A stretch of 64,000 nt of DNA from a bacterium (GCA_029780855.1 JAKOXV010000003.1:20953-84952), one strand, 5' to 3'. Shown: positions 50,305 through 60,060, counted from the stretch's first letter. The notes: generated by a model from the sequence alone, not told the origin. Numbers and translations are program-made.

Positions 50305-51594
50305 ATGCATATTTACTTTTCAGGGATTGGCGGAACCGCAATTGGTCCCCTCGCCCTGATAGCCAAACAGGCCGGCTTTACCGTTTCAGGCTCAGACGCT
50401 CAAGATTCGCAGTATATCGCGTACCTCAAAAAGCACGGTGTCGAAGATATCCATATTGGCCAAACCAAAGAAAGTATCACCAAAGCACATGCCGAGCAGC
50501 CCATTGATTGGTTTGTGCATTCATCGGCCGTTAAAGCCGATAACCCCGAACTGCACTTTGTACAGGAACACAAAATCAAGCACACCAAGAGAGATGAGCT
50601 AATCAATCTGATACTGACTGAAAAACACCTCAAAATGGTAGCTATTGCGGGCACCCACGGCAAAACAACCACCACTGCCATGGTCGTGTGGCTGTTTAAA
50701 AAATTGGGAATCCCGGTGAGCTATTCGGTAGGTGCAAAAATCAGTTTTGGCGATATGGGCCAGTACCAGGAGAATAGTGAATATTTTGTATATGAAGCCG
50801 ATGAATTTGATAGAAATTTCCTAGCCTTTCACCCCTACCTCTCCCTCATTAGTGGAGTGACGTGGGATCATCATGAAATATTTCCCACAAGAGAAGATTA
50901 CAAGCAAGCTTTCCGAGAGTTTATTGGCCAGACAGAATGGACATTGCTTTGGAAAGAGGAGTTTGAGTACCTCGGACTTAGTGACAGTGACCACTTTTCG
51001 GTTGAATCCCTCGATAACCCAGGCATCAAGAAAATTACCCTGGCCGGACACTACAACCGACTGGACGCATGGCTGGCTATTCGAGCCGTCCATGAACTGA
51101 CTCGTGAATCAGTAGAAACACTTACCGCACACATGAATGATTTTCCTGGCTCACAACGCCGCATGGAAGAAATCGTACCTGGTTTGTACAGCGACTATGC
51201 GCATACACCAGAGAAAATCAGGGGCGGCATGAGCGTAGCACTAGAAATGGCTAAAACCGCAGGTAAGCAGCTGGTGGTGGTGTATGAACCGCTAACTAAC
51301 CGTCGTCAGCACTACATGATAGATGACTACAAAGACTGTTTTGAGGGAGCTAGTAAGCTGTACTGGATACCGAGCTATCTGGCCCGAGAGGATCCCACGC
51401 AGCGCATTATTCCGCCGAGCGAAATGATCCAACATTTGAGTAATCCATCGGTCGCTGAGCCAATGGAGCGCAACGAGAACCTAAAGGAAGCAATTGCCAA
51501 ACATTTGCAAAATGGCGATATGGTTGTCGGCATGACGGGTGGTGGCGGCGGTAGCTTAGATGAGTGGTTGCGCGAAAAGTTCAAGACCACCTAA
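50305..51594 (+). CDS. murC: Mur ligase, MurC-like
   Basis: GIGGTAIG, IAGTHGKTTT, EADEFD, SDYAHTPE. Confidence 0.85.
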   Translation: MHIYFSGIGGTAIGPLALIAKQAGFTVSGSDAQDSQYIAYLKKHGVEDIHIGQTKESITKAHAEQPIDWFVHSSAVKADNPELHFVQEHKIKHTKRDELINLILTEKHLKMVAIAGTHGKTTTTAMVVWLFKKLGIPVSYSVGAKISFGDMGQYQENSEYFVYEADEFDRNFLAFHPYLSLISGVTWDHHEIFPTREDYKQAFREFIGQTEWTLLWKEEFEYLGLSDSDHFSVESLDNPGIKKITLAGHYNRLDAWLAIRAVHELTRESVETLTAHMNDFPGSQRRMEEIVPGLYSDYAHTPEKIRGGMSVALEMAKTAGKQLVVVYEPLTNRRQHYMIDDYKDCFEGASKLYWIPSYLAREDPTQRIIPPSEMIQHLSNPSVAEPMERNENLKEAIAKHLQNGDMVVGMTGGGGGSLDEWLREKFKTT

Positions 51595-51599
51595 CCAAC

Positions 51600-52202
51600 T
51601 TACTGGTCTTCTATTTCCCCGGTCGCTTCGTTTACCCGTACGCTACCCTCGCGCAAGACCTCAACCGCATCATCGACTATCCGGATAATCGTAGAAGAAG
51701 GTCGATCATGAACTTCACCGCCATCGACGTAAAAATCTACTCCATCCCCAAAGTAGTCGGTTGCTTCAGCAACGCTGGTAGCAACCGGATTGCCCGGTGT
51801 GTTTGCACTAGATGTTAACAGCGGTCCGGTGATTTGCAATAATTTTGCAATTTTCTTATCTGCCACTACCCTGACTGCTATGCTCCCCTTACCGATATGT
51901 AGATAATTCAGGGTAAACCCAAGCGGAATAACAATACTGATGGGGTTTGGCCAGTATTGTTCTACCGATGTTAGATATCGTTTCTTGATTCCTAAACCTA
52001 CCAGCTGTTCTATTGAAGCTGCGATGATTGTTCCGGGTTTGTTTTCACGATCCTTGAGGGCGTAGAGCCGTTGAACCGCTGCCGTGTCAGCAGCCCGGCA
52101 AACAACACCATATACCGTATCGGTAAGTAAAACGCCAATTTTTCCCTCACCTAAAAGAGTTGCGATCTCAGCTTCTTGCTTACTTGTAAGTATCGTTGTC
52201 AT
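51600..52202 (-). CDS. tsaC: Threonylcarbamoyl-AMP synthase (TsaC/Sua5/YrdC)
   Basis: TDTVYG, LKDR..KP, TSSAN, SSTII. Confidence 0.92.
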   Translation of the reverse strand: MTTILTSKQEAEIATLLGEGKIGVLLTDTVYGVVCRAADTAAVQRLYALKDRENKPGTIIAASIEQLVGLGIKKRYLTSVEQYWPNPISIVIPLGFTLNYLHIGKGSIAVRVVADKKIAKLLQITGPLLTSSANTPGNPVATSVAEATDYFGDGVDFYVDGGEVHDRPSSTIIRIVDDAVEVLREGSVRVNEATGEIEDQ

Positions 52203-52214
52203 GGTGCCATAGTA

Positions 52215-52781
52215 CTACAGCCCGAGTGCTTGGTCACTGAGCGTTGCGGCACTAAAGTCTTTGTTGTTATCAAGAGCACTTATTTGGTTTTGGATTTCGG
52301 TTGCGGTAGTATCGATATCTCCGGACGATAGACTTTTAGTGGGCGCCGAGCTAGTCGTAGCGGTAGTAGTGTTGGGGGCGGGAGTTTTCTGGTTATTACT
52401 ATTCAAATACAGCATCACAAAAACAACCGCCAGTATACCCATTACTATCATTGCTAAAAGAATGACAAAAATCGGCAAACGCCGCTTTTTCTTGGGAGCT
52501 TTAGGCACTTCTGTGGGTACTGTCGGTTCTTGTACCTCTCCTGCCGTTTCTTCATCTGCCCCCGCTTGCTCATTGGCGGGCGGCACGTGGATATGCTCGG
52601 TTGGAGTAGCGGGAGTTGGCGCTACGGGCTGTGGAGGTGCCACATCCAAGGTTGAAGCACTATGTAGACGGGGCTGCACATCATTTACTGGCCGTCGCAC
52701 CACTTCAATCGGAATGGCGCGGGAACGGTCCGATGACTGGTCTACATTGGCGTTTGCGGCATTATCTTGTTGATCTTCCAT
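52215..52781 (-). CDS. Single-TM protein with Pro-rich disordered N-terminus
   Basis: KKKRR followed by a TM helix; C-terminal 'DFSAATLSDQALGL'. Confidence 0.75.
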   Translation of the reverse strand: MEDQQDNAANANVDQSSDRSRAIPIEVVRRPVNDVQPRLHSASTLDVAPPQPVAPTPATPTEHIHVPPANEQAGADEETAGEVQEPTVPTEVPKAPKKKRRLPIFVILLAMIVMGILAVVFVMLYLNSNNQKTPAPNTTTATTSSAPTKSLSSGDIDTTATEIQNQISALDNNKDFSAATLSDQALGL

Positions 52782-53419
52782 TACTGGCCTCCTGCTGTAG
52801 CCAATTGATCTTTGATTGCGATCAGACTGGTTTTAAGAGATGTGGTTACGAATATCCGAATATCTTCAGCGTCTTTGCGAACTGTTTCTCGGTCGGCCCT
52901 GGCAGCCTCTAGTGAAGCCTTGAAACCAGTCGGATCACTCACGCAGTCCATCGATGCGGTATCTTTGACGGCTTGCTGGTACGTCTTTAGGTCAGTATTA
53001 AACTGATTTATTTTACTACTAAGTGTTGCAACGTCGTTATGAAGCTGGGCGGTTGAAACATTCTGTGAATCAAGTTTTGCAACGAGGGTATCAAGACGCG
53101 TTTGCAAATCCTGGTATACCTTGGAACGGTTTACGATCGCAATGTCCGCCTGAGCAACCGCACCATTAATCTTTGCTTGTGAAGCAACACACAGTCCCTG
53201 CAGTTTCTTTTGCTGAACAGCGCTAAGTTTTGCCGTCAGTGCTGCCTTGTGCTCTTCAATGCGCTGCTGCAAAGTAGACGTTTCCGTTTCTGCGGCCGGT
53301 TTACTCTGAGCTGCGGCAGGCACGCTGACCAACACCAATATCAAACATGCGCATGCCGTACCAAACACCCTAATATACTGTCTCATGAAAGTGTTTTTCT
53401 CCTGACCTGATTTTATCAT
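52781..53419 (-). CDS. Secreted alpha-helical / coiled-coil protein
   Basis: Signal peptide, heptad-rich sequence, two Cys. Confidence 0.75.
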   Translation of the reverse strand: MIKSGQEKNTFMRQYIRVFGTACACLILVLVSVPAAAQSKPAAETETSTLQQRIEEHKAALTAKLSAVQQKKLQGLCVASQAKINGAVAQADIAIVNRSKVYQDLQTRLDTLVAKLDSQNVSTAQLHNDVATLSSKINQFNTDLKTYQQAVKDTASMDCVSDPTGFKASLEAARADRETVRKDAEDIRIFVTTSLKTSLIAIKDQLATAGGQ

Positions 53420-53424
53420 AAGCT

Positions 53425-54246
53425 TTATTCTTGACTAAGCGAATATACACCATTTGTGTAACGTATGAGTCTTTCCTGAACCAGATCACCGAGTACTTCG
53501 TTAAGTCGTTCATTACTAATTATTTTCGATAGCTCCGCTAAGGTGAGGTGTTTTTCGGTCAGTAGCCTGATTACCTGTCCACGGAGCTGGCGTTTGGAGC
53601 CTGAAAACTGGCTTTGCCTCACATTGTGCTTGCTTCTCCGGCTGCTGTTGCCGCTGACCTTTTTAAGATACGTTCCGTAATCCATGAGTGCCCAGTACCA
53701 TTCGCGTGGATGTTCCTGATCCACCGTTTGCGCAACGAGGGGCAGCAGTTCTTTGTCTGCTACAGCTTGTGCATGCTTGAAAAAATGGTGAATGTAAACG
53801 GTGCGTATGTTGGTTTCTATGAAAGCCAAAGGTTCGTTAAACGCGTACACCATAACGGCCACTGCCGTATTATGCCCAACACCAGGCAAGCCCACCAACG
53901 CTTCCAGATCTCTCGGCACCTGGCCGTTATACTTTTGGCTGATGATCTTGGCAGCGTCAGCTAGGTATTTTGCCCGACGATTGTATCCCAAGCCTACCCA
54001 TACCTGCAGGACACTGCTCAGCGGTGCTGCTGCTAGCGCCATAACAGAAGGAAAGATCTTGATAAATTCCTGGTACTTATCAACCACGCGCGACGCCTGT
54101 GTTTGCTGCAACATTATTTCAGAAACCAGTATCTTATATGGATCAAAGATGCCCTCTTTTTCCGGTTCCCGCCACGGCAGATGACGAGCGTTATGAGCAT
54201 AGTAGTCCCACACCGTATCGCAAAAGGCCTTTACGGATGCTTCCAT
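53425..54246 (-). CDS. mutY: A/G-specific adenine glycosylase MutY-like (no Fe-S cysteine motif)
   Basis: LPWR, PYKILVSEIMLQQTQ, GLGYNRRA, LPGVG HhH. Confidence 0.88.
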   Translation of the reverse strand: MEASVKAFCDTVWDYYAHNARHLPWREPEKEGIFDPYKILVSEIMLQQTQASRVVDKYQEFIKIFPSVMALAAAPLSSVLQVWVGLGYNRRAKYLADAAKIISQKYNGQVPRDLEALVGLPGVGHNTAVAVMVYAFNEPLAFIETNIRTVYIHHFFKHAQAVADKELLPLVAQTVDQEHPREWYWALMDYGTYLKKVSGNSSRRSKHNVRQSQFSGSKRQLRGQVIRLLTEKHLTLAELSKIISNERLNEVLGDLVQERLIRYTNGVYSLSQE

Positions 54247-54255
54247 GGTGCGCCC

Positions 54256-56271
54256 TTAACGGTAGTAGTACCACTGGTCTATGCCACCGGTATTGGTGAC
54301 GTCGCGTATCTTGCGGGGCTTTCCGCCTGCTAAGTTAACTACGTAGTCTGCAATTTGCTGTCCATCGTTAATACGGTAAATCACGTAAGAATCATTGAGC
54401 CAATACACCGGATTGGAAAGACCGCTCAAGGTCAGGAGCACTTTATCGGCTTTACTGCCTGCCGTATTGTACTCAAGCAGGACCCCCTTACCATCACGCG
54501 AATCAACCCATAAACTGTGCTGTTTATCTGGGCTGTCCCGGTACAGTCGGTTTTTCTGACTTGCGGGTGGACCACTGACTTTACCAGCTTGAAGATCACC
54601 AAGTTTATAGTCATACCAATCTTGACCTACTGAAAGGCTGAGGTGATCATACGAAGTCCTAAAGCTGTTCCAGACCTCCTTGTTGAGTAACGTTTGTTTA
54701 TTGGTTCCATCCGGATTTATCCTATAGTATCCGACACCGCTCGCCTGGAATGCACTAGAAGGTGCATAGTAGAGCGCCCCGCTCGCCGCTAACACATCGT
54801 TGAAGTAGTTGCCGCTCGCCAGCTCCTTGGTTTCTTTGCTCTTGTAGTCATAGGCCATGAGCCGCTGTCGCTTTGGATTGCTAGCACTTGCACCAGCCAC
54901 TATCTGCACATAGGCTATGCGCGAACCAATCCAATCAACAAGCTGGACTTGTTCGGCCTGAGCGACATCGACTTTTTCACCGGAAGTAGTATCAATAATT
55001 GAAAGTGTACTTAGTAAAAATCCATCTTTATCACGCTTACCGTCTCGGGTTGAGATGTACGCTACGGCATCGTTTTCCGGACTTTGTGCAACTACGATAT
55101 CATCTCGCTCATTTCCCGAGCCTGCCAGCAGCAGTTTTTCATTCTGTCCGTCAACATCGATACTATAGAGGTCATACTTACCAGACCGCTTTGAGACAAA
55201 AGCATGCTTTTTGTCCGGCACCATACGAACCGGTATTTCTGCCTTATCGTTTAGGTCTAGATTAACCACTTCATCACGGTATCCCTTCGAGGTCGCGGTT
55301 ATTTTGACTGTCTCATCGGCTGTTTGATCAAGCGTTAGTACAATCTTTCCTTTGTCGTCCGCCTGGGCGTTAGCATCATCGGAAGTAACTTCTGCATCAG
55401 GCAACGGTTTGCCAGACAAAAAATCAGTTGCCACGAACGTATACTGACTACCGGTTGGGGTTAGTTTAAAATCACCAAGCGGATTGCTACCCCAGCCTAC
55501 AACCACCTGCCTGGTTACCGGAGCAAAAGCACGCCGGTTAATCACTAATTGGGTGGCGCCTAATTTCAGGTGCCGCACCGTAGCCTTGCCGTTCTCATCC
55601 GTTTTGGCCGTTTCTCCGGCCAAGCATATGGTGACGTTTTTTAGAGGCTGTTGGGTACTTGTATCAAGCACGGTAACCGCTGCGCTGGCACGTACCCCCG
55701 CAGTATTAAGCACAAAATACCGAGACTTTGGCACCAAGCCGATGACAAGCAATGCTAGCACTAGCACTACAACTGTAATCCAGCGGGCTTTGGGATTGCC
55801 CCACCACGCAGCCAGTACATGCTTGAACTTCGCCCCGATACCCCGTTTTGGCGCCTTCGCCATTGTGGCCCTTTCAATCTCTGCATCTTCCGCCGCCAAC
55901 ACCGCATCACTCTCTTCTTTGCTGATGTCATCAACCGCAGCATCCAAGACCTCATCTCCCTGATCGTCGGTAGGAGCGAGCGGATCCGCCGGCTCAGCCC
56001 GGACCGATGGCACAGCAGGCTCTGGTGGCGTATCAGTCTCTGTTTCGGGAGCTTCGGTTATCTCTTTTGGTAGCGCATCATTAGGTATTATGGGCGCCGA
56101 AGTAGGTTCTGATTCATGATCATGTGGCGGTACGTACTCTCCCGGCTTGGGCGGCACTACGGGTGCTGTTTGAGAGGTAGCCTCTTCTGGGGTTGGTCCC
56201 ATAATCTGTTCTACCTTTTTTTCAATATCCGATTTATCATCGGGCATAGAGTCGTTTTTCTTGTTAGCCAT
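54256..56271 (-). CDS. Membrane protein: disordered acidic N-terminus, TM helix, beta-sandwich domains, TolB-like propeller
   Basis: 'FVSKRSGKYDLYSIDVDG', 'YISTRDG', 'WVDSRDGK' PD40-like repeats. Confidence 0.78.
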   Translation of the reverse strand: MANKKNDSMPDDKSDIEKKVEQIMGPTPEEATSQTAPVVPPKPGEYVPPHDHESEPTSAPIIPNDALPKEITEAPETETDTPPEPAVPSVRAEPADPLAPTDDQGDEVLDAAVDDISKEESDAVLAAEDAEIERATMAKAPKRGIGAKFKHVLAAWWGNPKARWITVVVLVLALLVIGLVPKSRYFVLNTAGVRASAAVTVLDTSTQQPLKNVTICLAGETAKTDENGKATVRHLKLGATQLVINRRAFAPVTRQVVVGWGSNPLGDFKLTPTGSQYTFVATDFLSGKPLPDAEVTSDDANAQADDKGKIVLTLDQTADETVKITATSKGYRDEVVNLDLNDKAEIPVRMVPDKKHAFVSKRSGKYDLYSIDVDGQNEKLLLAGSGNERDDIVVAQSPENDAVAYISTRDGKRDKDGFLLSTLSIIDTTSGEKVDVAQAEQVQLVDWIGSRIAYVQIVAGASASNPKRQRLMAYDYKSKETKELASGNYFNDVLAASGALYYAPSSAFQASGVGYYRINPDGTNKQTLLNKEVWNSFRTSYDHLSLSVGQDWYDYKLGDLQAGKVSGPPASQKNRLYRDSPDKQHSLWVDSRDGKGVLLEYNTAGSKADKVLLTLSGLSNPVYWLNDSYVIYRINDGQQIADYVVNLAGGKPRKIRDVTNTGGIDQWYYYR

Positions 56272-56316
56272 ATGCATTTTCCTAGGGAACAGTCTAGCAG
56301 AAATCTACGTCTCCAC

Positions 56317-56655
56317 CTAGCTTGGTTCTCTGAACAATCCATAGATTAAGACAATGAAATAGACGATGACCATCAGCGCAATACCCGAGTATACATACAG
56401 GTGTGCCATGGACTTTGCTTGAGTCTGCGGGCTTGGTGTTGCCTGGGCACTTTGCACGGTGATTGGTTTTCCGTTTACCCTAATAACCCCTTTGCCCTGA
56501 TCAAGTAAATTGAGGGCATTGACAGTCTGCATTGAAGAATCCTGTAAAGAACTAGATTGAGGCTGCAGAGAACTCGTGGGTATGTTCTGGGGATTACCGG
56601 TTTGCGTGCCGGTTCCCGTTTGTTGATACTGCGCCGAAGCACTACTTGTGTCCAA
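56317..56655 (-). CDS. Hypothetical Q/S/T-rich protein with C-terminal TM helix
   Basis: TTG start with AGGGGG upstream. Confidence 0.6.
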   Translation of the reverse strand: MDTSSASAQYQQTGTGTQTGNPQNIPTSSLQPQSSSLQDSSMQTVNALNLLDQGKGVIRVNGKPITVQSAQATPSPQTQAKSMAHLYVYSGIALMVIVYFIVLIYGLFREPS

Positions 56656-56759
56656 AATTCCCCCTAGCAGGTTTTATTTACCCCTCTATTATCAGTAAAC
56701 GTAAGCTAAATTACAATCACCTATGCGCATTACAGGACTGTGCGTGAAACTTAAACCTA

Positions 56760-58073
56760 TTAGGGCGTAAGCCGATTGATATCACGCGGGAAGAGGGTTG
56801 CTTCTTTGACATTGCCGAGCCCAATTGTTTTTTCTACGAGCCTGTCGATACCAAATCCACATCCACCATGTTGCGGAAGACCATATTTGAATGCCTGCAA
56901 GTAGTACTTGAACCCTTGGTGCGTAACGTTTAGACCGGCATCTTTCATCTGTGCTACTAGCTTTTCGTAATGGTACTCACGCAATGGAACGGTAGCAATT
57001 TCGAGCCCCCTAAACAACAGATCTCCCCACAGTACCGTTTGGTCGTCTTCTGGATTTGCTTGATGGTAAAACTTCATCGCTTCGATTGGAAAATGGGTTG
57101 CATATACAAGTTCTGAACCATGTTTCTTTTTAGCATACTCGCAGATCCACCGCTCTTCATCTGGTATGAGGTCTTTCTCTTTGGTGGTGTCCGTTTTGTT
57201 CGCTTTGCTGTAGAGCTCGTGGATTTCTGCTACGGTAAACTTTGGAACTGATTCGCTGAGCACTAGTTGTGGTGCGTTCAAACTTTTCAGATCTGCTTCG
57301 TGCTCTTTATATACACGTTGCAAGACACGTATCGTCATGTCTCCAACCAAGTCTAGGACTTCATCATGATCCTTAACAAAACCCATCTCAATATCGAGCA
57401 TGGTAAGTTCGCTCATGTGTCTTGTAGTCGCACTTGGCTCCGCCCTAAACGCCGGTCCAATTTCAAATACACGCTCAAAAGCTCCAACCATAATTTGCTT
57501 GTAGAACTGCGGGCTTTGAGCAAGCGTAGCTTCTTTGCCAAAATAATCGAGCTTGAATACTTCAGCTCCTCCTTCAGTAGCTTCGGCGAGCAATTTGGGT
57601 GTCTGGATTTCCACAAATTCTTTGTCATACAAATATTCACGAATGTAGCGGTTCAAGTCAGCACGGATTTTGAAAATCTTCTGTTCTTGTAGGTTACGGA
57701 CGTTTAAAACTCGGTATTCAAATAGCGTATCCAGGTGTTCATGTTTATGGGAAATGGGCTTGTCAATCTCAATGGGTGGCTCATCTGTCACCGGAACCAG
57801 AACAGTTAGTACCGGTTTGTGCAATTCAGCCCCTCCGGGAGCACGAGCCTCTTCGGTTACCTCACCCTCAACTGCTAGCACCGTACCAATTTGCAATCCA
57901 CGAAGCTTCTCGACTTCGTCTTTATCTTCTACGACTACCTGGGTCAGGCCCCGCCGGTCCCGTACGTTAATAAATGCAATGCCGCCTAATAGACGTTTTT
58001 TATGGAGCCATCCTTCGATGCGCACCGATTTGCCGACGTGTTGTTTTACGTCGCTAGATACTGTTCGATTCAT
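56760..58073 (-). CDS. aspS: Aspartate--tRNA(Asp/Asn) ligase, short non-discriminating type
   Basis: OB fold, LAQSPQFYKQ, FRAE, GFGIDRL, LFPRD; ~437 aa with no GAD insertion. Confidence 0.92.
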   Translation of the reverse strand: MNRTVSSDVKQHVGKSVRIEGWLHKKRLLGGIAFINVRDRRGLTQVVVEDKDEVEKLRGLQIGTVLAVEGEVTEEARAPGGAELHKPVLTVLVPVTDEPPIEIDKPISHKHEHLDTLFEYRVLNVRNLQEQKIFKIRADLNRYIREYLYDKEFVEIQTPKLLAEATEGGAEVFKLDYFGKEATLAQSPQFYKQIMVGAFERVFEIGPAFRAEPSATTRHMSELTMLDIEMGFVKDHDEVLDLVGDMTIRVLQRVYKEHEADLKSLNAPQLVLSESVPKFTVAEIHELYSKANKTDTTKEKDLIPDEERWICEYAKKKHGSELVYATHFPIEAMKFYHQANPEDDQTVLWGDLLFRGLEIATVPLREYHYEKLVAQMKDAGLNVTHQGFKYYLQAFKYGLPQHGGCGFGIDRLVEKTIGLGNVKEATLFPRDINRLTP

Positions 58074-58106
58074 AATGCGCATTTTAACAGAGGTCAGGGT
58101 AAATTG

Positions 58107-59168
58107 CTACTGCGATTCTGCGCTTTCTGCCTCTGGAGCTGGAGGCAGTCCATCATGTTTTTGCGCCTCGTGCACCTGAATGGCATTTTGGGCAGCGACA
58201 GCTCGGATGTCCTCATACTTATCAAATTCATCTATAATTGGCTTGCCAATTATTTGCTCCAGTACGTCCTCAATAGTGATTATACCCACCACCTCTTCAA
58301 AGGAGTTGACCACTACGAATAGGTGTCGTTTTGTTTTCAAAAATGCTTGTAAGGCTTCATACAGAGTTTGCTCTTCGTGCACATAGTACACTTCTCTTTG
58401 CATGATATTAGCGACTGTTCCCGATGCCTGCTTTGCGACCAAATCATGCAGGTACAGAACACCGGCAATGGTATCTTTTTTACCTTCAAAAACAGGAAAG
58501 CGTGAGTGTCCGCTTTTATGAAGTGTATCCATGAGCACCGGACCGATCGGGTCTTTTATGTTCACATACACCACCTGGCTACGGGGAATCACAATATTGC
58601 GGATTAGCGTATCACCAAAGCTAAGTGCATGTACGGCCATCTCTATCTCTTCTTTGGTGATACGATTGTCAGATTGCTTCTCCTGCTGTTTTAACAGATT
58701 AATGAGATCCTCTTTTTGGTAAAGGCGGGTGTGCCAGTATGGTTCACTGAACCGTCCGATAAATAGCCCTAACTTTTCCAGCCATGGGTGTAAATAGTTT
58801 AAAAGCCAAGAAATTGAGGGTGTACAAAACCGAACAATAGCCTCCCCAAGCCAGCCGGTACGAGTATTTGGCAACCAGGCAAATGCGGCAATCAACACAA
58901 CCACTATGCCAAGTGATGCAAGCGGCCACGGTAGGTGTCTGATAAGCCCAAAAAATAGTGCCGTAGTCGCAATACCCACGATCGTCCACAACAATACCGT
59001 CAGGCTTGTACCGTACGTCATAGCGCGATACATGGTTTTTGCTAACGCATCACCCTTTTGTGCTCGTCGTTTGATTTCTACTAACGGAACGTGTCGATAG
59101 GATTTCAGTAAAGACACAGCAGCAAATACTACAATTATCAAGATCGTAATCAAAAGGACTGTAATCAT
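58107..59168 (-). CDS. CNNM/CBS (CorC/HlyC-like) domain protein
   Basis: N-terminal TM helices, GHSRFPV, GIITIEDVLEQIIG. Confidence 0.9.
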   Translation of the reverse strand: MITVLLITILIIVVFAAVSLLKSYRHVPLVEIKRRAQKGDALAKTMYRAMTYGTSLTVLLWTIVGIATTALFFGLIRHLPWPLASLGIVVVLIAAFAWLPNTRTGWLGEAIVRFCTPSISWLLNYLHPWLEKLGLFIGRFSEPYWHTRLYQKEDLINLLKQQEKQSDNRITKEEIEMAVHALSFGDTLIRNIVIPRSQVVYVNIKDPIGPVLMDTLHKSGHSRFPVFEGKKDTIAGVLYLHDLVAKQASGTVANIMQREVYYVHEEQTLYEALQAFLKTKRHLFVVVNSFEEVVGIITIEDVLEQIIGKPIIDEFDKYEDIRAVAAQNAIQVHEAQKHDGLPPAPEAESAESQ

Positions 59169-59260
59169 ACGTTAATCTTATAATTACCAGAAGCTTTTTG
59201 AAAGCCGGGAGACAGAACAATCATGGTACTATTTAAGGACAAATAGGAGGATAGGTTTTT

Positions 59261-59908
59261 ATGGACAAGCGCTTTGTGCTTATTTTGGTCGGAATTATTG
59301 TGGTGTTAGGTAGCGTGTTTTGGTTCACGAGATCCAAGAGCACCGCACCCGGATCCAGTAGCTCTACTTCCACCGCAAGCGTCAGTAACCACACTGAGGG
59401 CAAGGGCTCCACAGGTGTTACATTGCGCGAATTTGGTGATTTTCAATGCCCGGCGTGTGGCCAGTACTACCCGATCGTGAAGCAAATCGTTAATGAGTAT
59501 AACGATAAGATAACCTTCCAGTTCAGTAATTTCCCCCTGGTTCAGATTCATCAAAATGCCATGTCTAGCGCCCGCGCAGCAGAGGCTGCCGGCCTGCAGG
59601 GCAAGTACTGGGAAATGCACGACTTACTCTACCAACAGCAGAGCATGTGGTCATCGAGTAGTAGCGCAACAAGTATATTCAACCAATATGCAGCCCAGCT
59701 CGGTTTGAATGTAGAAAAGTTTAAAACAGACTATGCTAGTCCCGCCGTTCTTAATACTATCAATGCAGACATTAAAGCCGCCCAACAGATTGGCGCTACG
59801 GGTACCCCCACGTTTGTACTTGATGGCAAAAAAATAGATACCCCGCCGACTACCATTGAAGGATTTAGAAAGGTGCTAGACGACGCTATTGCGGCCAAGT
59901 CAAACTAA
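59261..59908 (+). CDS. DsbA family thiol-disulfide oxidoreductase
   Basis: N-terminal TM helix, FGDFQCPAC, FPL, GTPTF. Confidence 0.93.
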   Translation: MDKRFVLILVGIIVVLGSVFWFTRSKSTAPGSSSSTSTASVSNHTEGKGSTGVTLREFGDFQCPACGQYYPIVKQIVNEYNDKITFQFSNFPLVQIHQNAMSSARAAEAAGLQGKYWEMHDLLYQQQSMWSSSSSATSIFNQYAAQLGLNVEKFKTDYASPAVLNTINADIKAAQQIGATGTPTFVLDGKKIDTPPTTIEGFRKVLDDAIAAKSN

Positions 59909-59917
59909 ACTCTAGCC

Positions 59918-59969
59918 AAAATAAAAAGAGCGCTACCGTAATTGTTTCGTAGCTTGCTCTTTTTATTTT
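59918..59969. terminator. Bidirectional terminator-like hairpin
   Basis: AAAATAAAAAGAGC...GCTCTTTTTATTTT-type inverted repeat. Confidence 0.7.
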
Positions 59970-60060
59970 AGTAGACCAAGAACTGCTGCCAGCCTGGTCG
60001 TTTTACCTTAACGATTACTCGTTTTTCAGGTGAATGCATTATTTTTACCTTCACCGGCAT
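59968..60060 (-). CDS. Putative 30-aa basic microprotein
   Basis: MPVKVKIMHSPEKRVIVKVKRPGWQQFLVY*; AGGGAG 8 nt upstream; the stop abuts the terminator. Confidence 0.45.
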   Translation of the reverse strand: MPVKVKIMHSPEKRVIVKVKRPGWQQFLVY

